Below, piece by piece: positions 39,225-53,300 of a DNA stretch of 64,000 nt (position 1 is its first letter; each line of letters starts with the position of its first letter). The position numbers and the translations under genes were made by a program. The notes under the pieces were generated by a model. The model had not been told where the DNA came from, made no database searches, and saw only the letters and a program-made list of their open reading frames with translations. Source of the DNA: Squalus acanthias (lineage: Eukaryota); NCBI GenBank assembly GCA_030390025.1, contig CM059438.1, positions 61,506,001-61,570,000 of the forward strand, in the 5' to 3' direction.

Positions 39225-39340
39225 CCATGCTGTGCACAAATTGGCCACTGCGTTTCCCTACATTACAACTGTGACTGCTTTCAAAAAGAAGTACTTCATT
39301 GGCTGTAAAGCGTTTGGGACATCCCGAGGTCGTGAAAGGC
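39225..39340 (+). mobile_element. DeuSINE 3' fragment
   Basis: TGCTGTGCACAAATTGGC...GGTCGTGAAAGGC. Confidence 0.75.
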
Positions 39341-40587
39341 AGAGCAGAACAAAGAAACTAAAGAGGGACTAAAACAAAGAGAAAGGAGGAACAGAGAAAG
39401 GAACAATGAGGGCGATTGGGCAAGGCAGCAACAGAAGGAGAGATACAGACAAGTGGATGCTGAGCCCTGATCTGGGAATTTTTTTTAAAGAAATGGCCAT
39501 TCAGCCCACCGAGCTGTGGAGCAAAATAGTTTCAGTTTTACTGTTCCTACTGCTACTTCAGATCATTCTCATATGCAAACAAAAGCTCAAATGCACAAAA
39601 AGTCTCATTATGATAGGAAGAATGCCTTGTTTATTTTCTCCTCTATTTTACATTTTTATTTGCTCCCATAACATTGATTAGACTCCTTTAAACAGCAATA
39701 AATACGTGCATTTTATAATGGAGTGTAAGAGCATGTGGGAGTGCAGAAATGCTAGAAACACAACTGACAGTGTGAAATAACCCAGATGTCACACTGCTCG
39801 CTACAACTACTTGTCATTCAGCCATTGACTCTTTTAAAAGGTCAATTGGCTCATTCCTGCCTTGGCAACATCTTTTATTGGCTTGTTTACACTAAGAATT
39901 CAACTGAATCCAGAAGAAGTATCACCAGCGTAATTGCCATATTCTATGTGTGGAAAATGCAGCAAATGCGTACAAGTGATAAATCAACAGATTTACCACT
40001 AGCCCCCAAGAGCCACTGCATCTAGCAGATATGGGACCATATTTTCCCACTTACTCAAAAAGCAAGTGAAATACCAAATTTTATCATAATTTTAGATGAC
40101 CCCCAAATATGCAAAATCCACGGTGATGTTATTGAAGAAATCGAGGCAGTCTCAAGTACTCTGAGAACCTGACAGAAAGGTATAGAAGAAACTGCACGAT
40201 GTAAAAAAGCACAAACATATGGCACAAAATTTCTGTTAAGCAACAGCACAGGACACCTGCACATGAAGTCGTAGTTAAAGATAGGTTGTTACGATTCTCG
40301 CTTTTTCCAACAGCTTTTTCCTTTGTCAACAGCTTGACGACAGTTTCTGTAGGTGGATCACTTCCCCTACGAACTGAAACCTGCATTTTTTTTACTCACT
40401 GCCATTCCTACTTCTAAAGATGAATCCCAATCATAGTAAATTGCTTACTGCAATGCGTGAAAGATGCCTAGTGGCTCCTGTCAATCTGAAATGCAGAACA
40501 GATTACAATGACCAAACTTATTTACAAATAAAAATTGATTCACAATGAAAAACGAATACAGGCAAAATAAATAGCACAATACTTGTA

Positions 40588-40820
40588 AAAAGAAAGACTT
40601 GTATTTATATAGCACCTTTCACGACCACAGGATGTCCCAAAGTGCTTTACACCCAATGAAGTACTTTTGAAGTGTAGTCACTGTTATGACGTAGGAAACG
40701 TGGCAGCCAATTTGCGCACAGCAAGCTCCCACAAACAGCAATGAAATAAATGACCAGGTCATCTGTTTTAGGTGTTGGTAGCGGGATAAATGTTGGCCAG
40801 GACACCAGGGCAATTCCCCT
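40588..40820 (-). mobile_element. DeuSINE 3' half
   Basis: Homologous to 37035-37270. Confidence 0.85.
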
Positions 40821-41542
40821 GTACAAGAGACTACAAACAGCGCATAAAGGACAAATGGATCTATCCTTTTCAAATATTAGGTTTTTTGATGGTTAAAGTT
40901 GAATAGTACAACCAATGCTTTTCTTGGAATGGAATAGTTTCGAAGGATAATCAGAAAAGTTTTCTCCTGTTCCTTGGTAAACTGAATGCAATCTCAAGGT
41001 CCCATATTTCAGAATGAGACACAACTGTTGCACTTGACTTACTTAACAGCTCCCTTGCCTATGTCTTTGTTGTCCTTCACTTTGCAAGTCCCTCTTTATC
41101 TCCTCCTCCTCACCATTCCCCTAATAGACTCTCGCCTGTGACACAGCTGGCTGGCGACTTAGTTAACAGAGTTATCCTAGCTATTTAAATATATGTAAAA
41201 GCAAAGGCAAAAATTCCTATTTGTAATCACAATCAGCACCGGACAAATATGTACGTGAAGGGAACCAGAAGGTGCTGTAGTTAAAAATATATGCTACGAA
41301 AAGGTGTACTGCCAGAGAAGTTTTACTTAGGATTTAGCAAGTAAGGTAAAAGTAAGATTACGACAATTCTGTAAATTATATTATACATGTCATAATAGGA
41401 AAGAAAATGTATTACAAGAAGAAATTTCCCCGGACTAAATCACCTTTTCTCAAACCTTACTGTTTTTATGTTTAAAGGCAAATCAGAGGTGGCAGCACAC
41501 AACAGATGGTAGACCACATTACCAGAAATAACTCAGTCCTTA

Positions 41543-41845
41543 TCATAGAACCATTGAATAGTACAGCACAGAAGGAGGCCTTTCGGCCCATCAAGTCTGC
41601 GCCAGCTCTTTCGAAGAGCAATCCAGTTAGTCCCACGCCCTGGCCCATTCCCCAGCTCCCTGCAGTCTTTTCTCCTTCAAGTATTTATCCAATTCCTTTT
41701 TGAAAGCTACTATTGAATCTGTTTCCACCACCCTATCAGGCAGTGCATTCCAAATCCTAACCACTCGTTGCGTAAAAAAGTTTTTCCTCATGTCGCCTCT
41801 GGTTCTTTTGTCAATTACCTTAAATCTGTGCCCTCTGGTTATCAA
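41543..41845 (-). mobile_element. CR1 3'-end fragment
   Basis: TRGHRFK..KNFFTQRVVRIWNALP. Confidence 0.85.
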
Positions 41846-42004
41846 ATTATGAGGGAACAATAACTGATTTATTTATGAGGGAGCATTAAGAAGGAGTTTG
41901 GGACCCTGGCACAAATGCTAAAGGTAATGGTGACCTTCACTGCTGCTGGTGGTACATGTCAAATGGTTGCCTGTCCCTCTAAGTTTCCCTGCGCAAAATC
42001 TCGA

Positions 42005-43222
42005 CTGACACTTCAGTGCAGTGCTGAGTGAGTGCTGCACTGTCATAGGTGCAGTCGTTCAGATGAGATATTAAACCGAGGCACCATCTGCCCTCTCTTT
42101 GTGGACGTAAAAGGTCCCATGGCACTATTTTCCCCGGTGTCCTGGTCAATATTTATTCCTCAACCAACAGCACTAAAACAGATTGGGGGAAAAATTCAGT
42201 ATCGCCCCGTTTGGGGCGCAAAGATTAGCGCCTGGCGCTAATTATCGCCTCCGACTGCAAACTTGACTTTTATCGCCCCTGGAGGTGATTGGAGCACTAA
42301 ATCAGGTGCTACACATCTGTCTTAAGGCGCAAAGGCCGAGGAGCGAGGCGCTAACTCAGAGCGCTGGCGAAGCTCATGTGATGTCAGTCAGCAATGGAAC
42401 ACAGACACAATAGCCCCGGCCAGTTCTTAAAGGAGAGGGTTGATCTTGCTTTCCATCCACATCCTGCTCATTGCAGCCTTGAATCTCGGCCTGGAGAGAC
42501 CTGTACATCAAATCTGCTGGAAAGAACAATGGAGAGGCCCAGGGAAAGAGCTCAGAGTGCAGCCCCCACAATCTCTTCTAAATCGATACAAGGAAGGGCA
42601 AATCAAAATCAACCTGCAAAGTGCTGCTCAGTACCCAAAACTCCTTCACACAGCGTTGAATCTCTCCAGAAGTCTCTCTCTCTCACTCTCAGAATGTGTG
42701 GTTCAAAAATGTCGCCAACAAAAAAAGGCAGGAAGCGGTCGCATTTAAATAGCGCTCCCCCGTCCCTTCCTGACTGCAAAACGCTCCCCTCAACCTGTCA
42801 TTGCTAGCGGCAGGCGGTAAGGCAGGGGGCGCCACTCAATATCCACTCTGGGGCGCTACCGGGGCGTTACGCACTCGACTGACGTCACGATCTGCCGGTG
42901 CAGGAGATCATGGCGGTACTGTTTAGCGCCGCTGCAAAATGTCTAGTTAATTTCGCGAGCGGCGCAAACATCGCCGCGCCTGGGCGCTAGTTGCTTTGCA
43001 CCCCATTAGCGCCCTCTTAAGGCGCTAACGGGAGGCGCAACCAACTGAATTTTCCCCCCATTATCTGGACATCATCTCACTGCTGTTTGTGGGACCTTGC
43101 TGTGCGCAAATTGACTGCATTACAACAGTGACTACACTTCAAAAGTACTTCATTGGTTGTAAAGAGCTTTGGGACATCCTGAGATCATGATTGGCGCTAT
43201 ATAAATACAAGTCTTTCTTTCT
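42005..43222 (+). mobile_element. DeuSINE split by a TIR element (42005-42184 and 43063-43222)
   Basis: AAAACAGATT|ATCTGG consensus rejoins across the insert. Confidence 0.85.
42185..43059. mobile_element. 875-bp non-autonomous TIR element with 3-bp TSD, Harbinger-like
   Basis: TIRs GGGGGAAAAATTCAGT / ACTGAATTTTCCCCCC; TSD ATT (42182-42184, 43060-43062); subterminal GGCGC/GCGCT repeats. Confidence 0.88.
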
Positions 43223-43720
43223 TCTCTGACGAGACCAAGTACCCTCCTCCACTGTAAAAAGGTAACTGACTCTGTCGAACTTACAGCCTAGGTGAGTCAT
43301 GCGCATCCTAAAACCTCGGTGGCCCATTCTTTCCTCCACTTCTAACTACTTCACTGCAATCCAGCTGTTAACTGCTGTGAAAATAATTCAGAAAACTCCC
43401 TTGTACAAATCATTCTTTTTAATTGCTGTGGCAATACTTCAAATTCTTCCCCTTCATTAAACTCATTGATGCCATGTTCTGACCTGGAATAAAATACTCA
43501 CTTGTTAACTTGGCTGCGGAGTTTTGGAATGCTGTACAAGTTCATCAGTATTGACATCAACAGGCTCTGAACAAGCAATCAAATTAACTTTTTCCAATGT
43601 CCCTGTGACAAAATGTAGTGTTTTGTCATTTTACTTGTCTTGTCTTTAGGGTTAAAACCAGGCCCACTTACTGATAATAACCCATTTGGTTTGATACACA
43701 ACAACACAGGAAAAAATGAT

Positions 43721-44696
43721 AGCCCCAAAAATCCGCAGGATGCAATCCCGGCAGTTAAGTCATGTGTCCACCGGTATCCACCAGCACTGACCTAGCCAGA
43801 GTTTGTGGGATCAGCAACACAGCACCTCACAAGGTGTGAGCCTTGGTTCAGTGGGTAGCAGTCTTGCCTCTAAGTCAGGAGGTTGTGGGTTCAAGTTCCA
43901 CTCCAGAGACTTGAGCACATAATCCAGGCTGACACTCCAGTACAGTACTGAGGGAGTGCTGCACTGTTGGAGGTGCCATCTGCCCTCTCAGGTAAACACA
44001 GAAGATCTCATGGCACTATTCAAAGAAGAGCAGGGGAGTTCTCCTGGCCAACATTTATCCCTCAACCAACATCACTTAAAAACACAGATTATCTGGTCAT
44101 TATCAAATTGCTGTTTGTGGGAACTTGCTGTGCACAAATTGGCTGCTGTGTTTCCTACATTACAACAGTGACTGCACTTCAAAAGTACTGCATTGGCTGT
44201 AAAGTGTTTTGGAATGCCCTGAGGATGTGAAAGGCGATATATAAATGCAAGTTCTTTCTTTAACTTGCATGGGGCAGGCAGCCTCATGTGGCACTGCGGG
44301 CACATATCCGGTATCCATCTGCCCCCTACAGCCAAAACAAACCAGCACCTGGTTTCCCAGGCACCCAAGATCCCATGCAGTCTTATATCAGCATCCTGTG
44401 TAATGGGGTCAATCTACATTTTCTTAAAACAGGATTTCCAGCCATTCATCGCACTTCCCTGACCTGGTCGAATACCCCCTCCAGTGGGAGCCATCTGGAT
44501 GCCAGTATGTCTCATCTCAGTCAACATACCATCATCAAGTTCAGCAGCAGGTCCTAACTGAGCTAGGGAAATGGGAACTCCCAGCATAGGGAATCCCCAT
44601 CCTCTTGGCATCTTTTGACCTGGTAAAGGGCAGGCAGAGATTTCACCCTTTACAAGGCTGGCCAGAAAATCCAGGGAACGGCACATTTTCAGGGCC
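43721..44696. mobile_element. Probable older TIR element with 3-bp TSD, containing a SINE
   Basis: AGCCCCAAAAAT / ATTTTCAGGGCC ends; GAT on both flanks. Confidence 0.5.
43834..44262 (+). mobile_element. DeuSINE copy
   Basis: Head, core and tail all present, with small deletions. Confidence 0.88.
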
Positions 44697-45164
44697 GATA
44701 TGTCTAATATGTTTATGACTTAAATCCTGATTAACTGGTCGTTAGGGTTCAGAGGGACATTCACCATGGGTGTCAACTGGATTGCTCCAGCAATCATTAG
44801 GTTTATGAGGGCAATGACTCATATTTAGTTTTATTATATATATTTATATGTTTTAGCGGGTTAGCTGTTTACATGCAGGCTACTGAACTGGGGAAAATCC
44901 CTGAGTGGTCTCCTCGGAGACAGTTTCTGGGAACTCAGCCATTGTCTATGACAACCTGTTACATGTCATTGTTAAAGGACATTATCAAGTGCAGTTTTAT
45001 GGTGGGCTCCAGCACAGGAAATGCATTTTTTTGTTATTTTCTATACACCCAGGGGGAACCCTGTTTAGGTGATGCTAAACCTACACAAATTGGTATCTTG
45101 GTTGGGCTGCAGTTCGAATTTTGTATCCATCTTTGAGTACTATATTTTAGAAAGGACATGGAGC

Positions 45165-45988
45165 GAAAGAAAGAACTTGCATTTATATAGCGCCTTTCAC
45201 GACCTCAGGATGTCCCAAAGCACCTTATAGCCAATTAAGTACTTTTTGAAGTTTTGTACCTGTTTGCTAGCTTTTAGTGATTTCTGTACTTGGACCCCTA
45301 AATCTCTCTGGTCCTCCACAGTTCCTAGCTTCACACCATTTAGAAAATACCCTGATCTATTTTTCTTAGTTCAAAGTGGATGACCTCACACTTTCCCACA
45401 TTGAACTCCATCTGCCACAGTTTTGCACTCACTTAATCTACTAATGTCCCTTTGCAACTTTCTGCTCCCATCTACACTATTTACCGTGCCACCTAACTTG
45501 GTGTCATCAGCAATCTTGGATATATGGCTCTCTATTCCTTCATCTAAGTCATTTATAAATATAGAAAAAAAACTGAGGCCCAGTATAGATCCCTGGGGGA
45601 CACCAGGGATCACTGTGGTAATGAAGGAAACACAGCAGCCAATTTGTGCACAGCAAGGTCCCACAAACAGCAGTGAGATAATGACCAGATAATCTGTATT
45701 TTAGGAATGTTGGTTGAGGAAGAAATGTTGGCCAGAACATCGGGGAGAACTTCCCTGCTCATCTTCAAAATAGTGCCATAGGATCTTTTACATCAACCTA
45801 AGAGGACAGATGGGGCCTTGGTTTAATATCTCAGCCGAAAAACAGCACCTCCAACAGCGCCACACTCCCTCAGCACTGCAATGAAGTGTCAGCCTAGATA
45901 ATGTGCTCAAGTCTCTGAAGTGGGACCATGGACCCACAACCTTCTGACTCAAGAGGTGAGAGTGCTACCACTGAGCCACAGCTGACAC
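45165..45988 (-). mobile_element. DeuSINE interrupted by a CR1 RT fragment (~45255-45608, minus strand)
   Basis: SINE tail at 45165-45250, body at 45610-45988; the insert encodes [17 protein letters not shown]. Confidence 0.8.
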
Positions 45989-45989
45989 A

Positions 45990-46345
45990 GAGTACAGAAG
46001 AGATTCATTAGGATGGTACAAAGGATGACAGGCTTTAGTTATGAGGAGAGAGTAGAGAAACTGGGGCTCTTTTCGGTAGGTCAGAGAAGATTAAGAGATG
46101 TGATAGAAGTGCTCAAAATTATGGAGGAGTTGATATGGCAAATAGGGAAAAATCTATTTCTACTGATCAGTGAGTAACTTGAGTGCATAAATATATCATC
46201 ACAAAAGAATGAAGGGAGAGGTTAAAAGAATTTTTTTTTTTTACACAGTGGGATGTTGGGACACGGAATTCCTTACCAAAAATAGTTGTAGAAGTAGAAC
46301 CTATAATAGCTGTTGAAAAGTAAGTAGATAAATATTTGAAACATT
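45990..46345 (+). mobile_element. Old CR1 3' fragment
   Basis: Degenerate RVQKRFIRM..YEERVEKLGLF homology. Confidence 0.65.
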
Positions 46346-47589
46346 AAAGAGTGTTGGTCAGTCTCCTGTGATGTTGCCCAGTCAGTTCAACGATACAATC
46401 TGTCACTCGCAAGTAGCTAATGTATGCTGGAGTTCTTGATGCCACTGTCATTCACTGCATTGTGTCCCATCTGATGCTAATGTAACGCTATTCAACCATC
46501 ACGCTCAAACCTTGCCTCATAATCTCCAGTAACTAGCAACATTCTAAAATAATAGAAATAATGAAATATGTGATCTAAAGTAAAGAATAAATGGAAAATT
46601 TAAATGATGATTTACTGAACCTGACTCAGTAAATTATGCTAATACCCTATTTACATAATACTGTCAATACTGTAAATTAATAAAATTATAAATAAATACT
46701 AAAACATGGAAATGACAATTCATTAAATGTTACACAGGAAAATATAGAAATGGCTATCTCATGCAACTAAGTGAAATGTTAATTTACATTGCAATTACTT
46801 TTAATGATTTTAAGATAACTATATGCAAATATGGCAAGGAAAGAATATATTGATAGAGAAGATCAAAAGGAAGTTAATTAAAAATTACTGAGCAGAGGGA
46901 TGAGGCAAAATGGGAGCAGCAAAGGTTCTGGTGCAAATTCAGACCTGCCATAGATACGTTTAAAGGTACAGGGGTATCAAACGATCCCATAAGTGGTCTG
47001 AACAGCTTGCTTTTATGGGAGTTGACTCACACCTCCCTATACCTGCTTGTATGATAGAGTGACCTGAGTATAATAGTGCCCCCTTGTGCCCGGAGACATA
47101 TTCATGTCTTTCACGCATGTGCTTCTTCAATGTTGAGTAAACACTTGTTGAGACGAGGCCTGATGCAAATCGTTAACTTGTTTTATTTCACATCCGGTGA
47201 CCATACATAACCACAGTTATGATCAGACTCATTTAGTCAATCCGCACAATTTATCTTCACGTAATAATGCAAAATCAAGAACACACCGTGCTACCCCACA
47301 TCAGTGGGTCATCTTTACTTACACAAGGACAGCTTCTAACTGTCCTCCAAAATTTCTAACCTCTTCATCTCAGTGAAAGTCCTCATAGCTTTCTCTAACA
47401 TAACTGCCCTCACAACCTTCCTGTCTCAAAACAGCCTGCCTGCTTGTTTGTCCCTGTATCTCTTTTTCTCTCTTCATAGACAGGTAGATTAAAGGACTTT
47501 CCAAAATAATAGGTGTGATGTGTTTTCCGATTACCCAGGCAAGCTAATAAATTTCTTATTGTTTAGCCTCTAGGGAAAACAACTTCCAT

Positions 47590-48730
47590 TTAGCATATTA
47601 TTTTACCTCACACTTACTGACATTGAATTCCATCTGCCATTTTGTAGCCCATTCCCCCATTCCTTTGCAGCTTCTTTGATCTTCTAAAGGATTAACTATA
47701 CCTCCTATTTTGGTATCAATTGCAAATTTCAACACCACTTCCTCTAGGCCTATATCCAAATCATTGATATACAGTGAACAGAAGTGGCCCCATAACTGAA
47801 CCCTGTGGGACACCACTAGCCAATTCCAGCCACTCTGAAAACTGCCCGTAACTCATATTCATGTTTTCTTTCTTCAAACCAACTTTCATTCCAATTTGCT
47901 AACCTCCCCCTAATTTCATATCCCTTAATCTTCTCTTATAATCTCTTGTGTGTCCAAGGCTTTCCTAAAGTCCTTGTACACTATATCCACTGCATTTCCT
48001 TTATCTATAATACCTACTGCCTCCTCAAAGAATTCTATGAAGTTTGTCAAGCACTACTGTACCTTTTGAAATCTGCACTGGCTGCTTCTATTTTCTCTTT
48101 ATCTAGATACGTGGTAATTTCATCCTTAATTAAAGACTCTAAAATTTTCCTTCCCACAGATATTAAACTAACTGGTCAGTCTCTAATTACCCAGATTAGC
48201 TCTGTCTCCCTTTTTGAAAATGAGTACTACATTGGCCACTCACCAGTCCTCTGACACACTTCCACACTCAGTAGAGTGCTAAAATATAATTTCTAGGGTG
48301 TCTGTGATTTCCTCTTTTGTCTCCCTCAGGATCCCAGGATGTATCCTGTCAAACGCTGGTGCTTTATCTTCCCTTGGCCTAACTAACTGATCTAAAATAT
48401 TTCCTTTATCCATCATAATATTGTTCATTTCGCTCTCAAGCACTTCAAGATTCACCTCCTGCAGTGATGCAAAGAATTTATTAAATACCTCCACCATTTC
48501 TTGATCGCCTTCTACAAATTGACACTCCTCTCCTCTCAGAGGTCCAACCTTACTTTTAACATTTATCTTTTTACTGATATACTTGCAAAATACTTTATTG
48601 TTCCTTTTGATGTTTCTTGAATTTTTTTCATCATACCCCCTCTTAGCTTTCCTTATCTTGCACTTAACCTTTTCTTATTTTCTTCAATATTATTCTTATT
48701 ATCCTCATAGGACCCCTTCTTTTATTTTAA
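47590..48730 (-). mobile_element. Old CR1 ORF2 fragment
   Basis: YINDLD..KFAIDTKIGG; EDKAPAFDRIHPGILRE. Confidence 0.75.
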
Positions 48731-48759
48731 TTGGCTTCTAGGCTCTTTTCTGAAAATCA

Positions 48760-48993
48760 GTGAGAGAAATGTGTGTCTTGGGCAGTAGCGAATCAATAAC
48801 CCATGTAGCGTTTCCTACATTACAACAATGACTACGCTTCAAAAGTACTTCAATGACTGTTAAGCGAATTGGGAAGTCCTGATGTCATGAAAGGTGTTAT
48901 AAAAATGCCAGTTCTTTCTTTCTGAGTGTAACACAAGCTGCCGATTCGCTATCGCCCATTTTGCGCTACCGCTCGAGATGAATTCTTCCCCCC
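48760..48993. mobile_element. Third palindromic-MITE copy; its middle is occupied by a DeuSINE tail (~48805-48922)
   Basis: Ends resemble those of 31589-31775. Confidence 0.5.
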
Positions 48994-49009
48994 CGCCCCC
49001 TTATTTTTT

Positions 49010-50565
49010 AATATGAACATATGGAGATACAAAAATGACGGGCAGGAAAAGACCAGCTGGTCCATCAAGCCTACCCCAAATCACGATGGCTGCACCATCA
49101 TGGCTAAACACTCATTACCTCCCCCTACCTCCCACCCACCCCTGCAGCCATGTAATCTCCTGGGAGAGGCAAAAAAACAGAAAAAACCCAGGGTCAATAA
49201 GGGGGAAAATATTCTGTAAAATTTCTCTTAGGCCCCCTCAGGCAATCGAAACTAGTCCGGGAGATCACATGGACCAAGTGTTACCTAAAAAGACTTCTAT
49301 ATGATGCGATTTCTGCCCCAGTCAGGAACCGTCCAGCTCCCTCTTGAAGGCATGCAGTGAGTCAGCATTCACCACAACAGCCGGCAATGTATTCCAGAAG
49401 CTCTCAATTCTCTGGGAAAAGAACCGCCTAATAACCAGTCTATTCCTACTCTTGCATAGTTTAAACTCATGTCCCCTGGTCCTCCCCAATCTGTTGAACT
49501 GGAATAATTTATTAATAGCGATGCTATCCAGACTTTAATTATTTTATAGACCTCTATCAGGTCACCGCTAAGTCTATGGTGTTCTAAAGTAAATAGACCA
49601 AGGTCCTTGTGCCTATCTAAGTAGCTGAGGTTCTTTAAGCTAGAAATCATCCTTGTAGCTTTCCTCTGGACCTTTTCCAAGGCCATGATATCACCCACCA
49701 TGTGGGGGGACCAAAATTGGGCACAAATGCGGTCTGACCAGCAGCCTGTACAGTGTCAAAATGGTGTCCTTTGATTTAAACTGAATGGTTCTATTAATAC
49801 AACCCAATACCTTGTTAGCTTTAGCTAGTTTCTCTACATTGGTCATTGGTGATTTGTGCACAATAACACCAAGATCGTTTTCTCTCTCGACCTCTTTCTG
49901 TATTGTTCCCTGCAAATGATACGTCTATTCTGTGTTGGCCCAACGAACATGCATGACGTTACATTTATCTAAATTAAACACCATTTACCATTGTGTGGCC
50001 CATTCCCCTAGCATACCTAAATCTTTTTGGATTTGATTGTACTCCTCTACAGTCATAACCCTTGCACAGATTTTGGTATCATCTGCAAGTTTACTTACCA
50101 TACTCCCAACACCACTGTCCAGGTTATTAATAAAGACCGTGAAGAGTAGCAGGCCTAGGACCGATCCCTGGTGGACACCACTAGTAACATGTCTCCAAGC
50201 TGAACCACATCCATCAACTACAACATTTTGGCTGCAGGATTGGAGCCAAGTCCTAATCCAACGTTTCAAATGTCTACTGATACCACAATATTCCATCTTG
50301 TGAAGTAACCTAGTGTATAGTACCTTACCAAAAACTTCCTGAAAGTCCAGGTAGACAATATCTACCAGATTTCCATCATCCACTACCCTAGAGACTTGCT
50401 CAAAAATCTCTATAAAATTTGTTAGGCATGACCTATTTTTTCAGAAGCAGTGTTGTGAATTTCTAATGGCCCCATCCCTTTCCCAGTGATCATAAAGGGC
50501 ATCTCTTATGATCCCTTCGGGCATCTTCCCAATAATGGATGTCAGGCTGATAGGCCTGTAGTTTA
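49010..50565 (-). mobile_element. CR1 3' portion (distinct subfamily)
   Basis: VYLDFQEVFGKV, GVHQGSVLG, KLADDTKI, LEKVQRKATRMI. Confidence 0.88.
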
Positions 50566-50949
50566 TATTAACAATGCTATTCAATACTGAGTGTTGGGCA
50601 GCGGTTCACCATTCACTGTCCTTTTTTGTGTCTTTGTTCAGGGCTCACTGTTTTTGGAACTACCCTAATCATTGCTGCGAGGTTTGATTTTCTGCTTTCA
50701 CTTTATGTGATAAGAAGGGACATTTCTTCACCGAAAACGTTGTGTTTTACTGGAATGTTGACCAGCTTGTGTATATGTTGCATTTTTGTGTATAAAGCAC
50801 ACCTCATCTGGAACATAAGCACCATCTACAGGAGTATAGACTGATGCAAAATAGTAATTTAGCAGCTGTGCTATAACCTGAGAATCAGTTTGAATCTGCC
50901 CTACAGTATCATGTAGTGGCCCTATATGGTCTTTTGACTTCTGACATAG

Positions 50950-51360
50950 CTTAAAACTCTTTTGCTATTACTGCCACAATTACGCACCATCTTCTTTTCA
51001 GAGACCACTTGGCTAATCTTATGGTTATTTTTGTCTTCCTTAATTGCACGCAATAATTTTTTCTGTTCTCATGTCGAATTTGCCTCTGTACATTCATCGT
51101 CAACCATAATGGTTTGGTTTTACCATGTGTCCTTCTTTTAATTATTAGGACATACATGGCTTCATTCTGTTTGAGAATGGTTTTAAATAGAACCCATTTG
51201 TCCTCAGTACTTCATTTCCTATCTAGTAGGGTTACCCAGTCAACTTTTGCCAGGCCTTTGGCCATTTTTGTAAAGTTATCCCTCTTAAAATTTGGGACCA
51301 GCATTAGATTAGCTGCACCCTTGGATTGGAATAATGGAATATAATTATTCTGTGCCTTTG
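50950..51360 (-). mobile_element. Old CR1 linker-region fragment
   Basis: PNFKRDNF..LAKVDW; KPLWLT. Confidence 0.55.
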
Positions 51361-52889
51361 CAATCTGCTTTTTAAAATAAAAACATCCCACTGTTGCTCT
51401 ACAGTCTTGTGTGCCAATTTCACCTCCCAGCATAGTAAAGCTGCACAATGCAGTGGTATGTTGTATGTTGTATTTCCTTGACATTGCCATACAGTGGTAG
51501 GATGTGAGTTCATGGCAATTTCGTCAAATGTTAAGTTACTAATCCCAGCTGTATTGTCGCAGTCAGACAGCAATTGGGTGCCCACAGGGATGGAAAACCA
51601 GTCATTCCAGGACACTCTCTCGTATATTCTGCAGCCTGGTTAAGGCTGCCACCCATCCAGCTTTGGAGCGGTCAATCCAATTCTCAAATGTGCTTTCCAG
51701 AAATTTCTGTCAACCCAACGCCAAACGTTTGGCTTTCAAAGCAGAAGTCATTTTTTTAACGCTCATTTCTGTATCTTGTGATTATCGTCTGTTATTAAGG
51801 CTCTTGGAGGATTTTCATCTTCAAAAGTCCTCACAGCAAGCCCAGGTTCGCACCCTACTCAGCCATCTAACCAGTTTGAAACTTGACCAAAGGTAGCAAC
51901 CTTTGGTTACAAAGCAGAACTCACGTGGCAGGGTTGGAGCAGGGCATGGTGATTCCAAGAGAGGAGGCACGGAGAAAGATTACACCATGAGGAGGAAAAG
52001 CTCCAACTGCACCTATATGCAGGAATTTTTATTTGTTTCATGGCATTTTGATCATTTTGGACAGTGAAAATATGGGGCTAGAAATCAGTAGGCTAGCTCC
52101 TAAAATTTCAAGACTGGTAGCCAATTCACAGTTAACATGCAATGCTGCTCTAGTCCTGTTCATCACTCTGGTACAAGTATGTTCCCTACAGGCAGATCAC
52201 AGCTTGGTACTGCTGGTGACGCCAGTCTGGATAGCATGAGTTGTTCTCTCCAATGAAGGAAGAAGTGGCATATATCTCACTGGTTGTGTTAACATTACAG
52301 ACGCATGTCCCTGTCAGGGGCAGTCTTGTAGTTTTCAATCAGAGGATGCGAAAACCTCAAGCGGGCAAGTGTTCCAACATCAACACAAGGCTTTTCCTGA
52401 ACAACACTGTTTTCCTTTCTTTTTGTTCCTTGCGCTGACTAATTTTCCTGTATATTTCCTGTATACAAACTCGCACCAACACTCTAAGAAAAAGTGTGGA
52501 AACAATGAAACAGTTTCCATGCTATTTTGTGGTTTGTTCTCACTCCTGTTTATACAACAGAGCCTTCAATCCAAGGTTACGCTATAATATTTACAACTTA
52601 CTGTTTCTATCTCTTTGCCATTGTTCTCTTCTCTGCTCAGTCTTTCCGACTCTGCACCTTTTATTTTTAATTTAATTTCTCTCTCCCCTTCTGAAAAGTG
52701 ATCTGTCAACCACCTCAATGCAACAAGACAGCTCACCAGATTCTTATTTTTTAAGAAATTTGACAGTCCTCAGTTTTAGTAGCAAGTCAGTCACCTATCC
52801 ATACTTCAGCCATGTTTCTGTAAAATATGGGAATTGTCACGGAAGCGGGGATGTTGCTCCCTGAAAAGCCACCTCAGTGCATAAAATAT

Positions 52890-53300
52890 GATGCATTTAT
52901 GGGGAAGCTAGATAAACAGATGAGGGAGAAAGGAATAGAAGGTTATGCTGATAGGGTTATATGAAGAGCGGTAGGAGGAGGCTCGTGTGGAACATAAACA
53001 CGAGTATAGCCCAGTTGGGCCGAATGGCCTGCTTCTGTGCTGTAAATTTTATGTAATTCTATGATAAAAGCAGCGTGAACATAAGCAAGGGCAAAGGACC
53101 AGAAAAGGCCATTCAGCCCATCAAACTTCATCCTACCAGTACCTGAACTCTCCCAAATAGCTTTAAACTTCATGCTGAGCATCCCTAAAGTTACTTGGTA
53201 GGTTATTCTATTTATAATTCTTTCAGTAGAGAAGGTTTCCCCGATATCCATTTTAAATTTACTCTTCACCAGTTTACGTCCCCTAGGCCCACTCTCCTGG
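52890..53300. mobile_element. Two short CR1 3'-end fragments in opposite orientation (~52890-53065 plus, ~53080-53300 minus)
   Basis: First fragment matches the reverse complement of 4500-4680. Confidence 0.65.

Noticed and set aside
40053..40168. Possible minus-strand exon (TTTCTGTCAG acceptor ... GTAAGT donor)
   Set aside because: Every frame contains or ends in a stop, and no peptide is recognisable; cannot be supported without transcript data.
47131..47400. Possible second solo LTR (TGTTGAG...CTAACA)
   Set aside because: No matching target-site duplication.
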